57,189 nt of DNA from a bacterium (GCA_021811685.1 JAJZNT010000022.1:1-57189); one strand, 5' to 3'. Shown: positions 1 through 8,513, counted from the first letter of the stretch. Notes: generated by a model from the letters alone, not told the origin. A program made the numbers and translations.

Positions 1-84
1 TGTTCGGCTTTAACCTTTCTCTCGGCTTCTGATGCGCGCCGGGCTGACCGCTTAAGCGGCGGTAACCAAAGGAAGGAAGTAGCA

Positions 85-465
85 GTGAATCAATATGAGG
101 TAGCGGTGCTTTATCATCCTAGCTTAGAGGTTGATCTAAGCAAGGCGGAAGACCGGGTAGTTAAGATATTTACCGATAACGGAGGCAAGGTTGTATCTAG
201 CGATAACTGGGGCAAACGCGCCCTGGCTTATCCGATTAAGAAAAACGAACAAGCAATTTATGTGTTCTATACTTTAGAGCTGCCGCCCGCAAGTGTGGCC
301 AAGATTGAGACGACTCTAAATATAACTGACGAAGTAATTCGCTTTATGATTACTAAACCCGATCTTAAAGCTATCGCTAAAGCGGAAGCCGAGAGAAAGG
401 TTAAAGCCGAACGGGCCTCTGAAAGAGGCGACCAAACTGAAGAAGACAAGGAAGCTGAGGATTAA
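85..465 (+). CDS. rpsF: 30S ribosomal protein S6
   Basis: 126-aa ORF with a GTG start just downstream of GGAAGGAAG. The N-terminus MNQYEVAVLYHP and the acidic C-tail are typical of S6. Lies in rpsF-ssb-rpsR synteny. Confidence 0.9.
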   Translation: MNQYEVAVLYHPSLEVDLSKAEDRVVKIFTDNGGKVVSSDNWGKRALAYPIKKNEQAIYVFYTLELPPASVAKIETTLNITDEVIRFMITKPDLKAIAKAEAERKVKAERASERGDQTEEDKEAED

Positions 466-552
466 ACTTTTCTTAAAGCGGGCTTGACGTAAGGCAAAGT
501 TCAAAGTAGCGTAAGTTTTATAAGCCAAATAAGGCAAAGCAAGGAGGAAGTA

Positions 553-1020
553 ATGGCGCGCAGCGTAAATCAAGTAATCTTGATGGGTAATCTGACTAGA
601 GACCCAGAGCTGAGACAGACACCTAACGGCCAGAATGTATGCGGTTTCAGTATCGCCCTAAACCGCAGCTATCGAGACTCAAACGGAGAATGGCAGGAAG
701 CGACAGATTATGTGGATATCGTAGCCTGGGGACCTCTAGGAGAGCGCGTTTCCCAGTATTTAAGCAAGGGACGAAGAATATTGGTCCAGGGTAGATTACA
801 GAGCCGGAGTTGGGAGCAGGAAGGCCAAAAGAGAAGCAAGGTCGAAGTACTGGCAAACGATGTTACCTTCCTAGACGGTCGAGGCGAGTCAGCTGGCGAG
901 GATACTCCGACTACCTCTAAGAGTAAACCTGGCAAAAAAGAAGACAGTAAAGAAGATAAGGATGTGGTTATCGAAGACGTCGGAGACGAGCCGATTAACT
1001 TGGATGACATTCCGTTTTAA
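553..1020 (+). CDS. ssb: single-stranded DNA-binding protein
   Basis: OB-fold N-terminus (NQVILMGNLTRDPELRQTPNG) and a flexible acidic tail ending in the canonical DDIPF tip. AGGAGG Shine-Dalgarno (SD) sequence upstream. Confidence 0.9.
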   Translation: MARSVNQVILMGNLTRDPELRQTPNGQNVCGFSIALNRSYRDSNGEWQEATDYVDIVAWGPLGERVSQYLSKGRRILVQGRLQSRSWEQEGQKRSKVEVLANDVTFLDGRGESAGEDTPTTSKSKPGKKEDSKEDKDVVIEDVGDEPINLDDIPF

Positions 1021-1041
1021 TAACTAAGGAGAAACTAGTTT

Positions 1042-1245
1042 ATGGCAAAGATATTTAAATACCGAAGCGATGTAGCCTTTTTTGACTACAAGGACTTTAA
1101 AACCTTGCAGCGTTACGTTAACAGCTACGGACAGATTGAAACCAGGAAAAAAACCGGTCTCAGCGAATCTCAGCAAAGACATTTAGCTCAGGCCATTAAG
1201 CGGGCCAGGCACATTGCGCTACTGCCTTTTATTGCTAATAGCTAA
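1042..1245 (+). CDS. rpsR: 30S ribosomal protein S18
   Basis: 67 aa with the motif [25 protein letters not shown]...[12 protein letters not shown], typical of S18. Position after ssb. Confidence 0.9.
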   Translation: MAKIFKYRSDVAFFDYKDFKTLQRYVNSYGQIETRKKTGLSESQQRHLAQAIKRARHIALLPFIANS

Positions 1246-1808
1246 TGCTCAATATAACTGATCTTAAGAAGGGAACAGTGTTTGTCCTTATGGGTGAACC
1301 GTATAAAGTTGTTACCTATGCTCAAAAAGTTATGGGGCGTGGCGGCTCAATAGTTAACGTTAAGATTAAATCTCTAACCAGTGGTAAGGTTCTGGACAAA
1401 ACCTTTAAGGGCAATGAGCAATTAGAGAGTGCAGATATTACTATGCAGAGTGTGCAGTATCTGTATAACGACGGTAAGGTTTACTTTTTTATGAACCCCG
1501 ACAGTTTTGTGCAGTTTGAAGTTCCTGCAGAGGTAGTTGAAGACGCTTCCGGATATATTAAAGACGGCGACCTGCTCCAGCTCCAATTCTTTAGGGGCAA
1601 CCCGATCAGTCTGGATCTTCCGAAGAACGTTAACCTGCGAGTGGACTATACTGAATCGGCTGTTAAAGGGGACACATCAACGGCTGTTACTAAAAACGCT
1701 CAACTTGAAACCGGGATTACCATTAAAGTTCCGGCGTTTATTAAGCAAGGCGATCTTATATCTGTTGATACGGCTACTGGTACCTACCGCGAGCGGGTTA
1801 AATCCTAA
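1245..1808 (+). CDS. efp: elongation factor P
   Basis: 187 aa with KKGTVFVLMGEPYKVV...GRGGSIVNVKIKSL and a three-domain length typical of EF-P. The ATG overlaps the rpsR stop (TAATG). Confidence 0.9.
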   Translation: MLNITDLKKGTVFVLMGEPYKVVTYAQKVMGRGGSIVNVKIKSLTSGKVLDKTFKGNEQLESADITMQSVQYLYNDGKVYFFMNPDSFVQFEVPAEVVEDASGYIKDGDLLQLQFFRGNPISLDLPKNVNLRVDYTESAVKGDTSTAVTKNAQLETGITIKVPAFIKQGDLISVDTATGTYRERVKS

Positions 1809-1819
1809 TTACTTTAGTC

Positions 1820-2434
1820 ATGCATTTACCGAACCGCCGCAGGAATAGTAAAGGGGTAGGTTTACTTGACGGGGACGATATGGCTTATGTCAGCCGGGCC
1901 GCCTATAAACTAGCGTCGGTAACTAAGACTCTAGGAATAGATTTCAGAGGAAAGACCGTTTTAGATGTCGGCGCCAGCACTGGAGGCTTTAGTGATTATG
2001 CGCTAAAGCACGGAGCGACCAAGGTTATTGCCGTAGAAAAGGGCACCAAACAACTTAGCCCTTCCTTATTGGCCGAACAAAGAATAGAGGTTCACGAAAA
2101 AACCGACATTAGAGACTTTAAGACTGAAGAAAAGCTAGACCTCATACTAATAGACGCTTCTTTTATTTCACTGCGGGAAATCCTACCATCGCTAATTAAG
2201 CTATTAACTTCAAACACTTACATTCTGGCTATGGCTAAACCGCAGTTTGAGGTAAGGGATCAGTCGACGAAACACGGCGGAGTCATTAAAAATGAACGTA
2301 TTCGCCGACAAATTCTTATGGACTTAGAGAAGTGGTTTAAAAAGAGTTTTGTTATCTTGGGCAAGGCTGACTCGCTGGTAAGCGGGACAAAGGGAAACAA
2401 GGAGCGCTTTTACCTGCTTAAGCCGGTCAAATAA
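1820..2434 (+). CDS. tlyA: TlyA-family rRNA 2'-O-methyltransferase (FtsJ-like), no S4 domain
   Basis: YVSRAAYKL...VLDVGASTGGFSDYAL SAM-binding motif as in TlyA. The N-terminal S4 domain is absent. The true start may be the ATG at 1880. Confidence 0.65.
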   Translation: MHLPNRRRNSKGVGLLDGDDMAYVSRAAYKLASVTKTLGIDFRGKTVLDVGASTGGFSDYALKHGATKVIAVEKGTKQLSPSLLAEQRIEVHEKTDIRDFKTEEKLDLILIDASFISLREILPSLIKLLTSNTYILAMAKPQFEVRDQSTKHGGVIKNERIRRQILMDLEKWFKKSFVILGKADSLVSGTKGNKERFYLLKPVK

Positions 2435-2477
2435 AATTAACTTGAGCTTTTTAGGGCTCCAGTTTACACTCGCATTA

Positions 2478-3137
2478 ATGTACTTCGCTTCCAGAATGCA
2501 AGCCGGTAGGATGTTGGCCTCACAGATGGAGCAAAAATACCGGAACCAAAACTGTGCTGTAGTCGCTCTTGACGACGGCGGGGTAATGGTTGGCGCCCAG
2601 ATTGCCGTGCAGCTGCACAGTGTTATAACCCTGCTACAACTAGAAGAGTTAACCCTGCCCAGAGAACCTAAAGCTATAGCCGGCATGACGGACGGTGGCA
2701 GCTTTGTTTATAACAAGGAATATACTGACGCCGAGATTGAAGAGCTAACTGGAGAGTATCACGGATTTATTGACGAGGAGCGGGTACAAAAGTTCCACAT
2801 GCTAAACTCGTTAAGCGGCGCAGGCGGATTAATAAACAAGAAGGTACTAAAACACCGTAAGATAATTTTGGTTTCAGACGGGTTAGATACGGTTTTAAAG
2901 CTGGATCTGGCAGAGGAGTTCCTAAAACCGGTTGAATTTGAAAGTCTGATAGTTGCAGTCCCGATTGCCACGGTTCCGGTTATAGATAAAATCCACGTGA
3001 TGGCTGACGCCATTTATTGTTTAAGCGTAACCGATGATTTTTTGGGCACCGATCATTATTACGACAATAATGACATACCCGACCATAAGGAAATTGTCGA
3101 TACTATAAAAAATATTGTTTCGCGCTGGAAAAAGTAG
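2478..3137 (+). CDS. phosphoribosyltransferase-like protein
   Basis: N-terminus MYFASRMQAGRMLA...AVVALDDGGVMVG and an acidic ILVSDGLDT loop resemble predicted PRTase-family proteins. The start was moved to the first ATG of track ORF 2442..3137. Confidence 0.5.
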   Translation: MYFASRMQAGRMLASQMEQKYRNQNCAVVALDDGGVMVGAQIAVQLHSVITLLQLEELTLPREPKAIAGMTDGGSFVYNKEYTDAEIEELTGEYHGFIDEERVQKFHMLNSLSGAGGLINKKVLKHRKIILVSDGLDTVLKLDLAEEFLKPVEFESLIVAVPIATVPVIDKIHVMADAIYCLSVTDDFLGTDHYYDNNDIPDHKEIVDTIKNIVSRWKK

Positions 3138-3139
3138 CT

Positions 3140-3793
3140 TTATTTTAAGATATTGCGTAGTCCCGAAACGCTGCTTAGTATGTAATAAGAGCCGTCTTTA
3201 GCGATCAAGCCTTGCTTAATAAGAGCAGACAGTTCTCTAGAGGTGGTTTCCCGGGTAGCGTTAATTGAGCTCGCTATATCTTGGTGTCTCAGGGGGGCTT
3301 CAATAACCAGTCCCTTGTTCGATCTGGTTCCGAAACGTGATGCCATAGTAAGCAGGAAGGATACGAGGCGTTCACGCACCGTCTTGTATTCAAGATTTAA
3401 AATGCGCTCGCTGTGCAGGCGGTACATCTCTATGGTCATATCCAGGAGAGGAGCAATAGCATCGGTGTGCCGGGTAATCTCCTGTTCAAATTTCTGTCTG
3501 GTTATCTCCAGAGTTATGGTCGGAGCTAACGCCTGATAGGTTATACTGCGCTCTTGGCCAGTTAACGCCCAGATAAGCGGGAATATCTCGTCCTGCTTAC
3601 GGATAATCAGCAGGTTCTCCTCGTTATATCTTGAAATGTCATAGGCCTTAACCAAACCGTGGACGATATAAAAAACCCCGGGCGGTTGTCCCCCGGGGCG
3701 AATGATAAAATCACCCTTTTTGTAAGTCTTTCTTGTTCCATTCCGAGAGAAGACGTCTACCAGTTCAGCCATTTGCTTTAGATTGGCTAACAT
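3140..3793 (-). CDS. Crp/Fnr family transcriptional regulator
   Basis: 217 aa with an N-terminal cNMP-binding-like beta-roll (GDFIIRPGG...FYIVHGLVK) and a C-terminal HTH (RHQDIASSINATRETTSRELSALIKQG). Confidence 0.8.
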   Translation of the reverse strand: MLANLKQMAELVDVFSRNGTRKTYKKGDFIIRPGGQPPGVFYIVHGLVKAYDISRYNEENLLIIRKQDEIFPLIWALTGQERSITYQALAPTITLEITRQKFEQEITRHTDAIAPLLDMTIEMYRLHSERILNLEYKTVRERLVSFLLTMASRFGTRSNKGLVIEAPLRHQDIASSINATRETTSRELSALIKQGLIAKDGSYYILSSVSGLRNILK

Positions 3794-3855
3794 ATCTTAA
3801 TTTAAACCAAAAACCGTCATTTAAGCAAGCATAGCCCCTTACTTGGCTTGTCCTT

Positions 3856-3871
3856 TGTGATAAACATCAAA
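3856..3871. promoter_or_regulatory. Crp-like operator candidate TGTGA-N6-TCAAA
   Basis: TGTGATAAACATCAAA lies in the divergent intergenic region between the Crp/Fnr gene and the PH-domain gene. One mismatch to TGTGA-N6-TCACA. Confidence 0.3.
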
Positions 3872-3948
3872 TTTTAGTGGTAAGCAATTTTACGGCTTTA
3901 GGGGTATGGGTAGCCTATGATTGTAAATACAAACCAAAAGGAGGGGCT

Positions 3949-4842
3949 ATGGTTGACAGAGACTATGTACAAAGTCAACTGAGGAAAATTGAGTTTTTGG
4001 GGAGCAGGTTTAACCGGGCAGAGATTGCCGAACTAGAGAACATCTTACTTGATGACGAGAAAATATATGAGTGCGTGAACGGGGTATACGAAGGCGGAGT
4101 CGCGCTGCTTGTGGCCACCGATATCCGGGTGTTGCTAATCGATAAAAAGCCAATGGGGTTTTTAAATGTCGACGACATGCGCTTCGACATGATAAGCGAC
4201 ATTGACTATAGTCACCGAATATTCGGAGCGCAGATTAATATTAACTGCGGTTCTAGGAACCTATCCTTTAAGAGCTATAACCAGTCCAGATTGCGCAAGG
4301 CGATCGGTCATATCCAGGAGCGGATCAGTGAGATTAAAAAAGAGCAATATGAGCACGCCAATACTCAAAAAAAGCATCTAGAGGATATCAACAGGCAGCT
4401 TCAGATATATCTTTTAGCTCAGCAACAACAACTAGAGAGACAATTAGCGCGCGGTCAATCCATAACTTTGCCTAAACCAAACCCACAACTTGCGGATTAT
4501 TTATTTGCTCAGCGTTTACTTGAAGACTTTCAGGGACGAGACAATCCTTTGAAGCCTGATCAAGCAGAAACTGCCAGCCGCGTTCAGCCCGGCATGAGCA
4601 ATGAATCATTGCCGGTTTCATCTGAGCGGAAATTACTTAAAGAGATGGAAGAGGCGGGAAGAAGAGAAGTTCTGGGTATGACCCCGGAAAAGAAAACTCA
4701 TTCTGCATTTAGAACCAGCACTAAAAACTCGGCAAACTCCAAAGAACCGGCTTTAGATGTTACGCCTTTTAAGATAGCCTACGCCAAATTACCCTATCTA
4801 CTCAGGAGTCGCAGATACAACCCGGGGAATTCCTCGTACTAG
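3949..4842 (+). CDS. bacterial PH-domain (YokE-like) protein with coiled-coil/low-complexity tail
   Basis: ATG preceded by AGGAGG. LDDEKIYECVNGVYEGGVALLVATDIRVLLIDKK...ISDIDY matches the bacterial PH-like fold pattern. Track ORF 3877 has a likely spurious GTG extension. Confidence 0.55.
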   Translation: MVDRDYVQSQLRKIEFLGSRFNRAEIAELENILLDDEKIYECVNGVYEGGVALLVATDIRVLLIDKKPMGFLNVDDMRFDMISDIDYSHRIFGAQININCGSRNLSFKSYNQSRLRKAIGHIQERISEIKKEQYEHANTQKKHLEDINRQLQIYLLAQQQQLERQLARGQSITLPKPNPQLADYLFAQRLLEDFQGRDNPLKPDQAETASRVQPGMSNESLPVSSERKLLKEMEEAGRREVLGMTPEKKTHSAFRTSTKNSANSKEPALDVTPFKIAYAKLPYLLRSRRYNPGNSSY

Positions 4843-5924
4843 ACATTGAACTTAAACTCGACCACATCACTTGGCTGCATCACATAATCTTTGCCCTCGG
4901 TGCGCACTTTTCCGGCGGCTTTACAGGCAGCCAGCGAGCCGAAGCTAATCAGGTCGTTATAATCTACAACTTCTGCTGCAATAAAACCACGCTGCATGTC
5001 ACCGTGTATAGTTCCCGCTGCTTCCGGTGCCGTAGCCCCCTTTCTGATTGTCCAGGCTCTGACCTCTTTTTCCCCGGCAGTTAAAAAACTCTGTAGTCCA
5101 AGAGCTTCGTAGGCCTCAACAATAAGTGTTTCCAGTCCTGTCTGATGCAGTCCGTAACTCTCCCTCAGTTCCTTAGCGTCATAGTCCTCAAGCATAGATA
5201 GTTCACTCTCGAGCTTGGCGGAAATAAATATTGACGGGGCGGGGGAAACCAGCTTATTTAACTCATCTTTCTTCTTTTGATCGGCTAAACTATCCTCGTC
5301 AACGTTAAATACGCAAATAAACGGTTTAGCGGTCAGCAGCTGCAAGTCAGATAACTCGGCAGTTTCAGATTTATTTAGCTCAGAACTTACAGGTTTGCCT
5401 CTATCCAGTGCGTCTAACGCACGCCTGACAATTTCCAACTTAGGTACCAGTTTGGGGTTAGCTTTAACTTCTTTTTCCAGACTCGAGACCCTCCGGTTAA
5501 CTGTTTCTAAGTCAGCCAGAGCTAGTTCGGTTAGGATGGTAGCTATATCTTTTTCGGGATCAATCGAACCAGATACGTGAGTAACTAGCTTGTCATTGAA
5601 AGCCCGAACCACCTCAACAATAACCGATACAGTTCGGATATGGGCTAGAAATTGATTGCCTAAGCCTTCTCCCTTACTGGCTCCGGCAACTAGTCCAGCA
5701 ATATCTATAAACTTTACCGTTGCAGGAATAATATTAGTTGTCCGGTATATATCCGCCAGGCTTTTTAGTCTTTCGTCAGGTACGGGTACAATACCCACAT
5801 TCGGCTCAATTGTGGCGAACGGATAGTTAGCTGCCAGAACCGAGCTTTTGGTCAGCGCGTTAAATAAAGTAGACTTACCGACATTCGGCAGCCCAACAAT
5901 TCCACAGGAGACCGATGAAGACAT
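4839..5924 (-). CDS. ychF: ribosome-binding ATPase YchF
   Basis: 361 aa with GIVGLPNVGKSTLFNALT P-loop, DIAGLVAGASKGEGLGNQFL, and a C-terminal TGS-like end DVVEFKFNV. Confidence 0.9.
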   Translation of the reverse strand: MSSSVSCGIVGLPNVGKSTLFNALTKSSVLAANYPFATIEPNVGIVPVPDERLKSLADIYRTTNIIPATVKFIDIAGLVAGASKGEGLGNQFLAHIRTVSVIVEVVRAFNDKLVTHVSGSIDPEKDIATILTELALADLETVNRRVSSLEKEVKANPKLVPKLEIVRRALDALDRGKPVSSELNKSETAELSDLQLLTAKPFICVFNVDEDSLADQKKKDELNKLVSPAPSIFISAKLESELSMLEDYDAKELRESYGLHQTGLETLIVEAYEALGLQSFLTAGEKEVRAWTIRKGATAPEAAGTIHGDMQRGFIAAEVVDYNDLISFGSLAACKAAGKVRTEGKDYVMQPSDVVEFKFNV

Positions 5925-5960
5925 GACAATAGTCTAACAGATTAAATATCAAAATTCCTA

Positions 5961-5989
5961 TTGACACGAATGTATACGTAGAATACAAT
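5961..5989 (+). promoter_or_regulatory. sigma70-like promoter TTGACA-17-TACAAT, ATG 6 nt downstream (leaderless candidate)
   Basis: Read directly: TTGACA 5961-5966, TACAAT 5984-5989, start codon at 5996. AATGTAT repeats lie in and around the spacer. Confidence 0.4.
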
Positions 5990-5995
5990 GTATGC

Positions 5996-6247
5996 ATGAG
6001 TTCTATTCAATATACTATTCGCAATATTCCTCCAGTGGTAGACCAGGTTATAAGAAAAAGGTCTAAGCAGACTGGTAAATCTTTTAATCAAACGGTTGTT
6101 GATATGTTATCCCTGCAATCATTGGGAACGACTAAACCTAAGGAAAATAACGAATTTGATTGGTTATTTGGGTCAATGAAGCTTGATGATAAATTTGATG
6201 AAGCAATTAAGGATTTATCTCAAATAGACAAAGAACTCTGGCAATGA
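5996..6247 (+). CDS. vapB: VapB-type ribbon-helix-helix antitoxin
   Basis: 83 aa. N-terminus IQYTIRNIPPVVDQVIRKRSKQTGKSFNQTVVDML. Overlaps the downstream PIN gene by 4 nt. Paralogous to 32096..32341 and 35376..35648. Confidence 0.7.
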   Translation: MSSIQYTIRNIPPVVDQVIRKRSKQTGKSFNQTVVDMLSLQSLGTTKPKENNEFDWLFGSMKLDDKFDEAIKDLSQIDKELWQ

Positions 6248-6651
6248 ATATATTAATAGATACCAGTGCTTTTTCTGATTATGGCCGTGGTAATAGTAAA
6301 GAACTAGAAGCTTGGTTTAAGGCTGAACACCAACTAGTAATGCCACTGATTGTTATAGGTGAACTAAGGGCGGGCTTTGCCTCGGGTAACAGGCATAGTG
6401 AGAATGAGAAACTACTTCAGAGATTCTTAGATGCCCCTAATGTGATAACTGTAGGCTTGAGCGATAAAACCACGCATGAATTAGCCGGTATTTACTTGCA
6501 ACTTCGCAAAGCCGGTACTCCGATTGGGGTAAATGATATGTGGATAGCCTCAATAGCTAAAGAACTAGATTTAACAGTGCTTACAACTGACTCGGACTTT
6601 AGTTATGTTAAAGGGCTAAAGTTAATAGTAATTGATAAGTCAAAAGATTAG
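6244..6651 (+). CDS. vapC: PIN-domain toxin VapC
   Basis: 135 aa with ILIDTSAF...ELRAG...NDMWIASIA...LTTDSDF, the PIN acidic residues and layout. Confidence 0.8.
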   Translation: MNILIDTSAFSDYGRGNSKELEAWFKAEHQLVMPLIVIGELRAGFASGNRHSENEKLLQRFLDAPNVITVGLSDKTTHELAGIYLQLRKAGTPIGVNDMWIASIAKELDLTVLTTDSDFSYVKGLKLIVIDKSKD

Positions 6652-6671
6652 GTCTGTAAGTTAGTTGGACT

Positions 6672-6791
6672 TTAAAGTTTTTGTAGCTTTGCTATAAACT
6701 TTGGTGAGTAACCACGAGTTCTTTTATCATCTGGCTCTGGCAAGCTAAAACTTATCTCAAAAGGTTGGTTTGAAAAATAACTATACCGCAA
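6672..6791 (-). repeat. copy 1 of a duplicated element / 39-codon micro-ORF (TTG start) convergent with vapC
   Basis: About 96 nt (6696-6791) align to 7631-7726. Translates to LRYSYFSNQPFEISFSLPEPDDKRTRGYSPKFIAKLQKL. Confidence 0.5.
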
Positions 6792-6874
6792 CTAATACTA
6801 CTCATGCTTATCTTTCGTTACCATTATAATTAAGGAACTATAGAGCTTTTTACAGCAAATGTCAATAATATATT

Positions 6875-6903
6875 TTGACAAAATTACTGACAATATATAT
6901 ACT
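6875..6903 (+). promoter_or_regulatory. sigma70-like promoter TTGACA-17-TATACT, ATG 7 nt downstream (leaderless candidate)
   Basis: TTGACA 6875-6880, TATACT 6898-6903, ATG at 6911. Confidence 0.4.
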
Positions 6904-6910
6904 AATAATC

Positions 6911-7192
6911 ATGACAACGACAATAATTACGGCTAGAGATATATTGCGTGACTATAAAAGTGTGTTTAATGACGTTAGAAAGACAAAACGTCCTGCTATA
7001 GTTACAGCCCACAAAGAGCCTCAAGTTGCTATAGTAAGTTTAGATGACCTTGAAAGACTTCAAAGGCTGCAAAATAAAGACTCCGCAAAGAATCTACTAG
7101 ACTTTACCGAAAGAGCCCGCAAATTACTAAAAAACGAGAAACTACCCGAAGACTTAGCATCTAAACATGATGAATACTTGTGGGGAAAGTAG
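6911..7192 (+). CDS. Phd/YefM-type antitoxin
   Basis: MTTTIITARDILRDYKSVFNDVRKTKRPAIVTAHKEPQVAIVSLDDLERL is the Phd/YefM pattern. Sits upstream of a PIN gene. The track start at 6875 lies inside the promoter. Confidence 0.7.
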   Translation: MTTTIITARDILRDYKSVFNDVRKTKRPAIVTAHKEPQVAIVSLDDLERLQRLQNKDSAKNLLDFTERARKLLKNEKLPEDLASKHDEYLWGK

Positions 7193-7204
7193 TAGTTAGG
7201 GCTT

Positions 7205-7627
7205 ATGAAAACGGTAGTAGTTGATACTGATGCGTTAATTGCTCTAGTTAACAAAGATGATTTTCTAGCATTAGATGCTGTTAAAACACTCGAGGACTTA
7301 TATGCTAATGAGGTTAAACTAGTTTACCCAGCTACTACAATCGTAGAAGCTATTACGACTTTTCAGAGGAAGCTTAGTAATTCTGCGCTAGCAGGCGATA
7401 TAGCTCAAATGCTTAGAGAAGGTCAATTTAATATAGTACCAGTTGACCAAAATCTCTTAGAGCAAGCGGAAACCTTATTTAAACCAAAGGGCAGCAAGCA
7501 AAACACGATGTTTGACGCTGTCGTTGCAGCAGTTGCTAAAACAACAAATGCTGATGCTATATTTAGTTTTGATAATTGGTACGAAAAAGTTGGGCTAAGG
7601 CTTGCAACTAGTTTATTTAAGGCTTAG
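7205..7627 (+). CDS. PIN-domain toxin
   Basis: 140 aa with VVVDTDALIALV...E...FDAVVAAVA...IFSFD, a PIN layout. Confidence 0.75.
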   Translation: MKTVVVDTDALIALVNKDDFLALDAVKTLEDLYANEVKLVYPATTIVEAITTFQRKLSNSALAGDIAQMLREGQFNIVPVDQNLLEQAETLFKPKGSKQNTMFDAVVAAVAKTTNADAIFSFDNWYEKVGLRLATSLFKA

Positions 7628-7726
7628 GATAAACTTCTTGGAGTAACCCCTAGTCCTCTTGTCGTCTGGCTCTGGTAAGCTAAAGCTTATCTCAAAAGGT
7701 TGGTTTGAAAAATAACTATACAGCAA
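7613..7726 (-). repeat. copy 2 of the duplicated element / 37-codon micro-ORF (TTG start), overlapping the last 15 nt of the PIN gene
   Basis: Translates to LLYSYFSNQPFEISFSLPEPDDKRTRGYSKKFILSLK. Differs from copy 1 mostly at third codon positions. Confidence 0.5.
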
Positions 7727-7815
7727 GAAACAGATGAAGACATAGGTTCAATTTAACGGATAACACCTGTCGGATATATACAGCATGATGTATATTAAAA
7801 AATACGATAAGAACC

Positions 7816-8061
7816 CAAATATATTTAACTCAGCAACAGCACAATCTTCTTAAGGCGCTAGGATTAAAGAAAAAACTAGCATCTCTAACATAATTCGTGA
7901 GGCAATTGACTAGAAAACAGCTTAAAGCTTTTCTACCAAGAGCGCTAATCAAAATCTTAATGCAGGAGAGTGGCTTTTAGCTCAAATAGCTTGGGCAGAA
8001 AAAAATTAAAGGACCATCTGACCTATCTTCTAAGATGGATGAATACCTATATGGCCAATAA
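7816..8061 (+). pseudogene. decayed RHH/Phd-like antitoxin gene (frameshifts at poly-A runs)
   Basis: Pieces in different frames: IYLTQQQHNLLKALGLKKK / TSISNIIREAID* / NAGEWLLAQIAWAEKN* / KIKGPSDLSSKMDEYLYGQ*. The last piece resembles the C-terminus DLASKHDEYLWGK of 6911..7192. Confidence 0.45.
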
Positions 8062-8513
8062 AGGTGCCGTCTTTCTAGGCTCAAACTTTCTAATAGCGAG
8101 TTTTAATTCCGAAGACTCTAATCATAAAAAGGCACAACGGCTGGCTTTTAGTATGGCCGAGCTAGATATAAAGTTATACATATCAAACTATATACTTCTT
8201 TAAGTGCTTACGGTCTTGTCTCAAAGAGTTAACCGAGAAACTGCAGTTGAAGTAGGGGATAGGTTACTAAATAGCGGAAACGTTGAATTAATTCACATTA
8301 ACGAAGAGCTCAATCGCCGGAGTTTGGAGATTTTTAAAGAGATCCAAACAAAAAACATGAGTGTCGTTGATTGATTGTAGTATCCTGGCAGTTCTCAATT
8401 ATGTAGGCATAAAGCAACCACTTACCTTTGACATGACTGGCTTTAAGCCGTTACGAGAACGCTTTTACTTTAGTATTATTAGGTTAATGCAATTTGTTCA
8501 CAAAGCCTCGTGA
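8051..8513 (+). pseudogene. decayed PIN-domain toxin gene
   Basis: MANKGAVFLGSNFLIA... (first Asp replaced by Gly). In-frame TAA at 8201. An apparent GATT duplication (gattgattg) shifts the frame before ...DCSILAVLNYVGIKQPLTFD. Confidence 0.55.
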
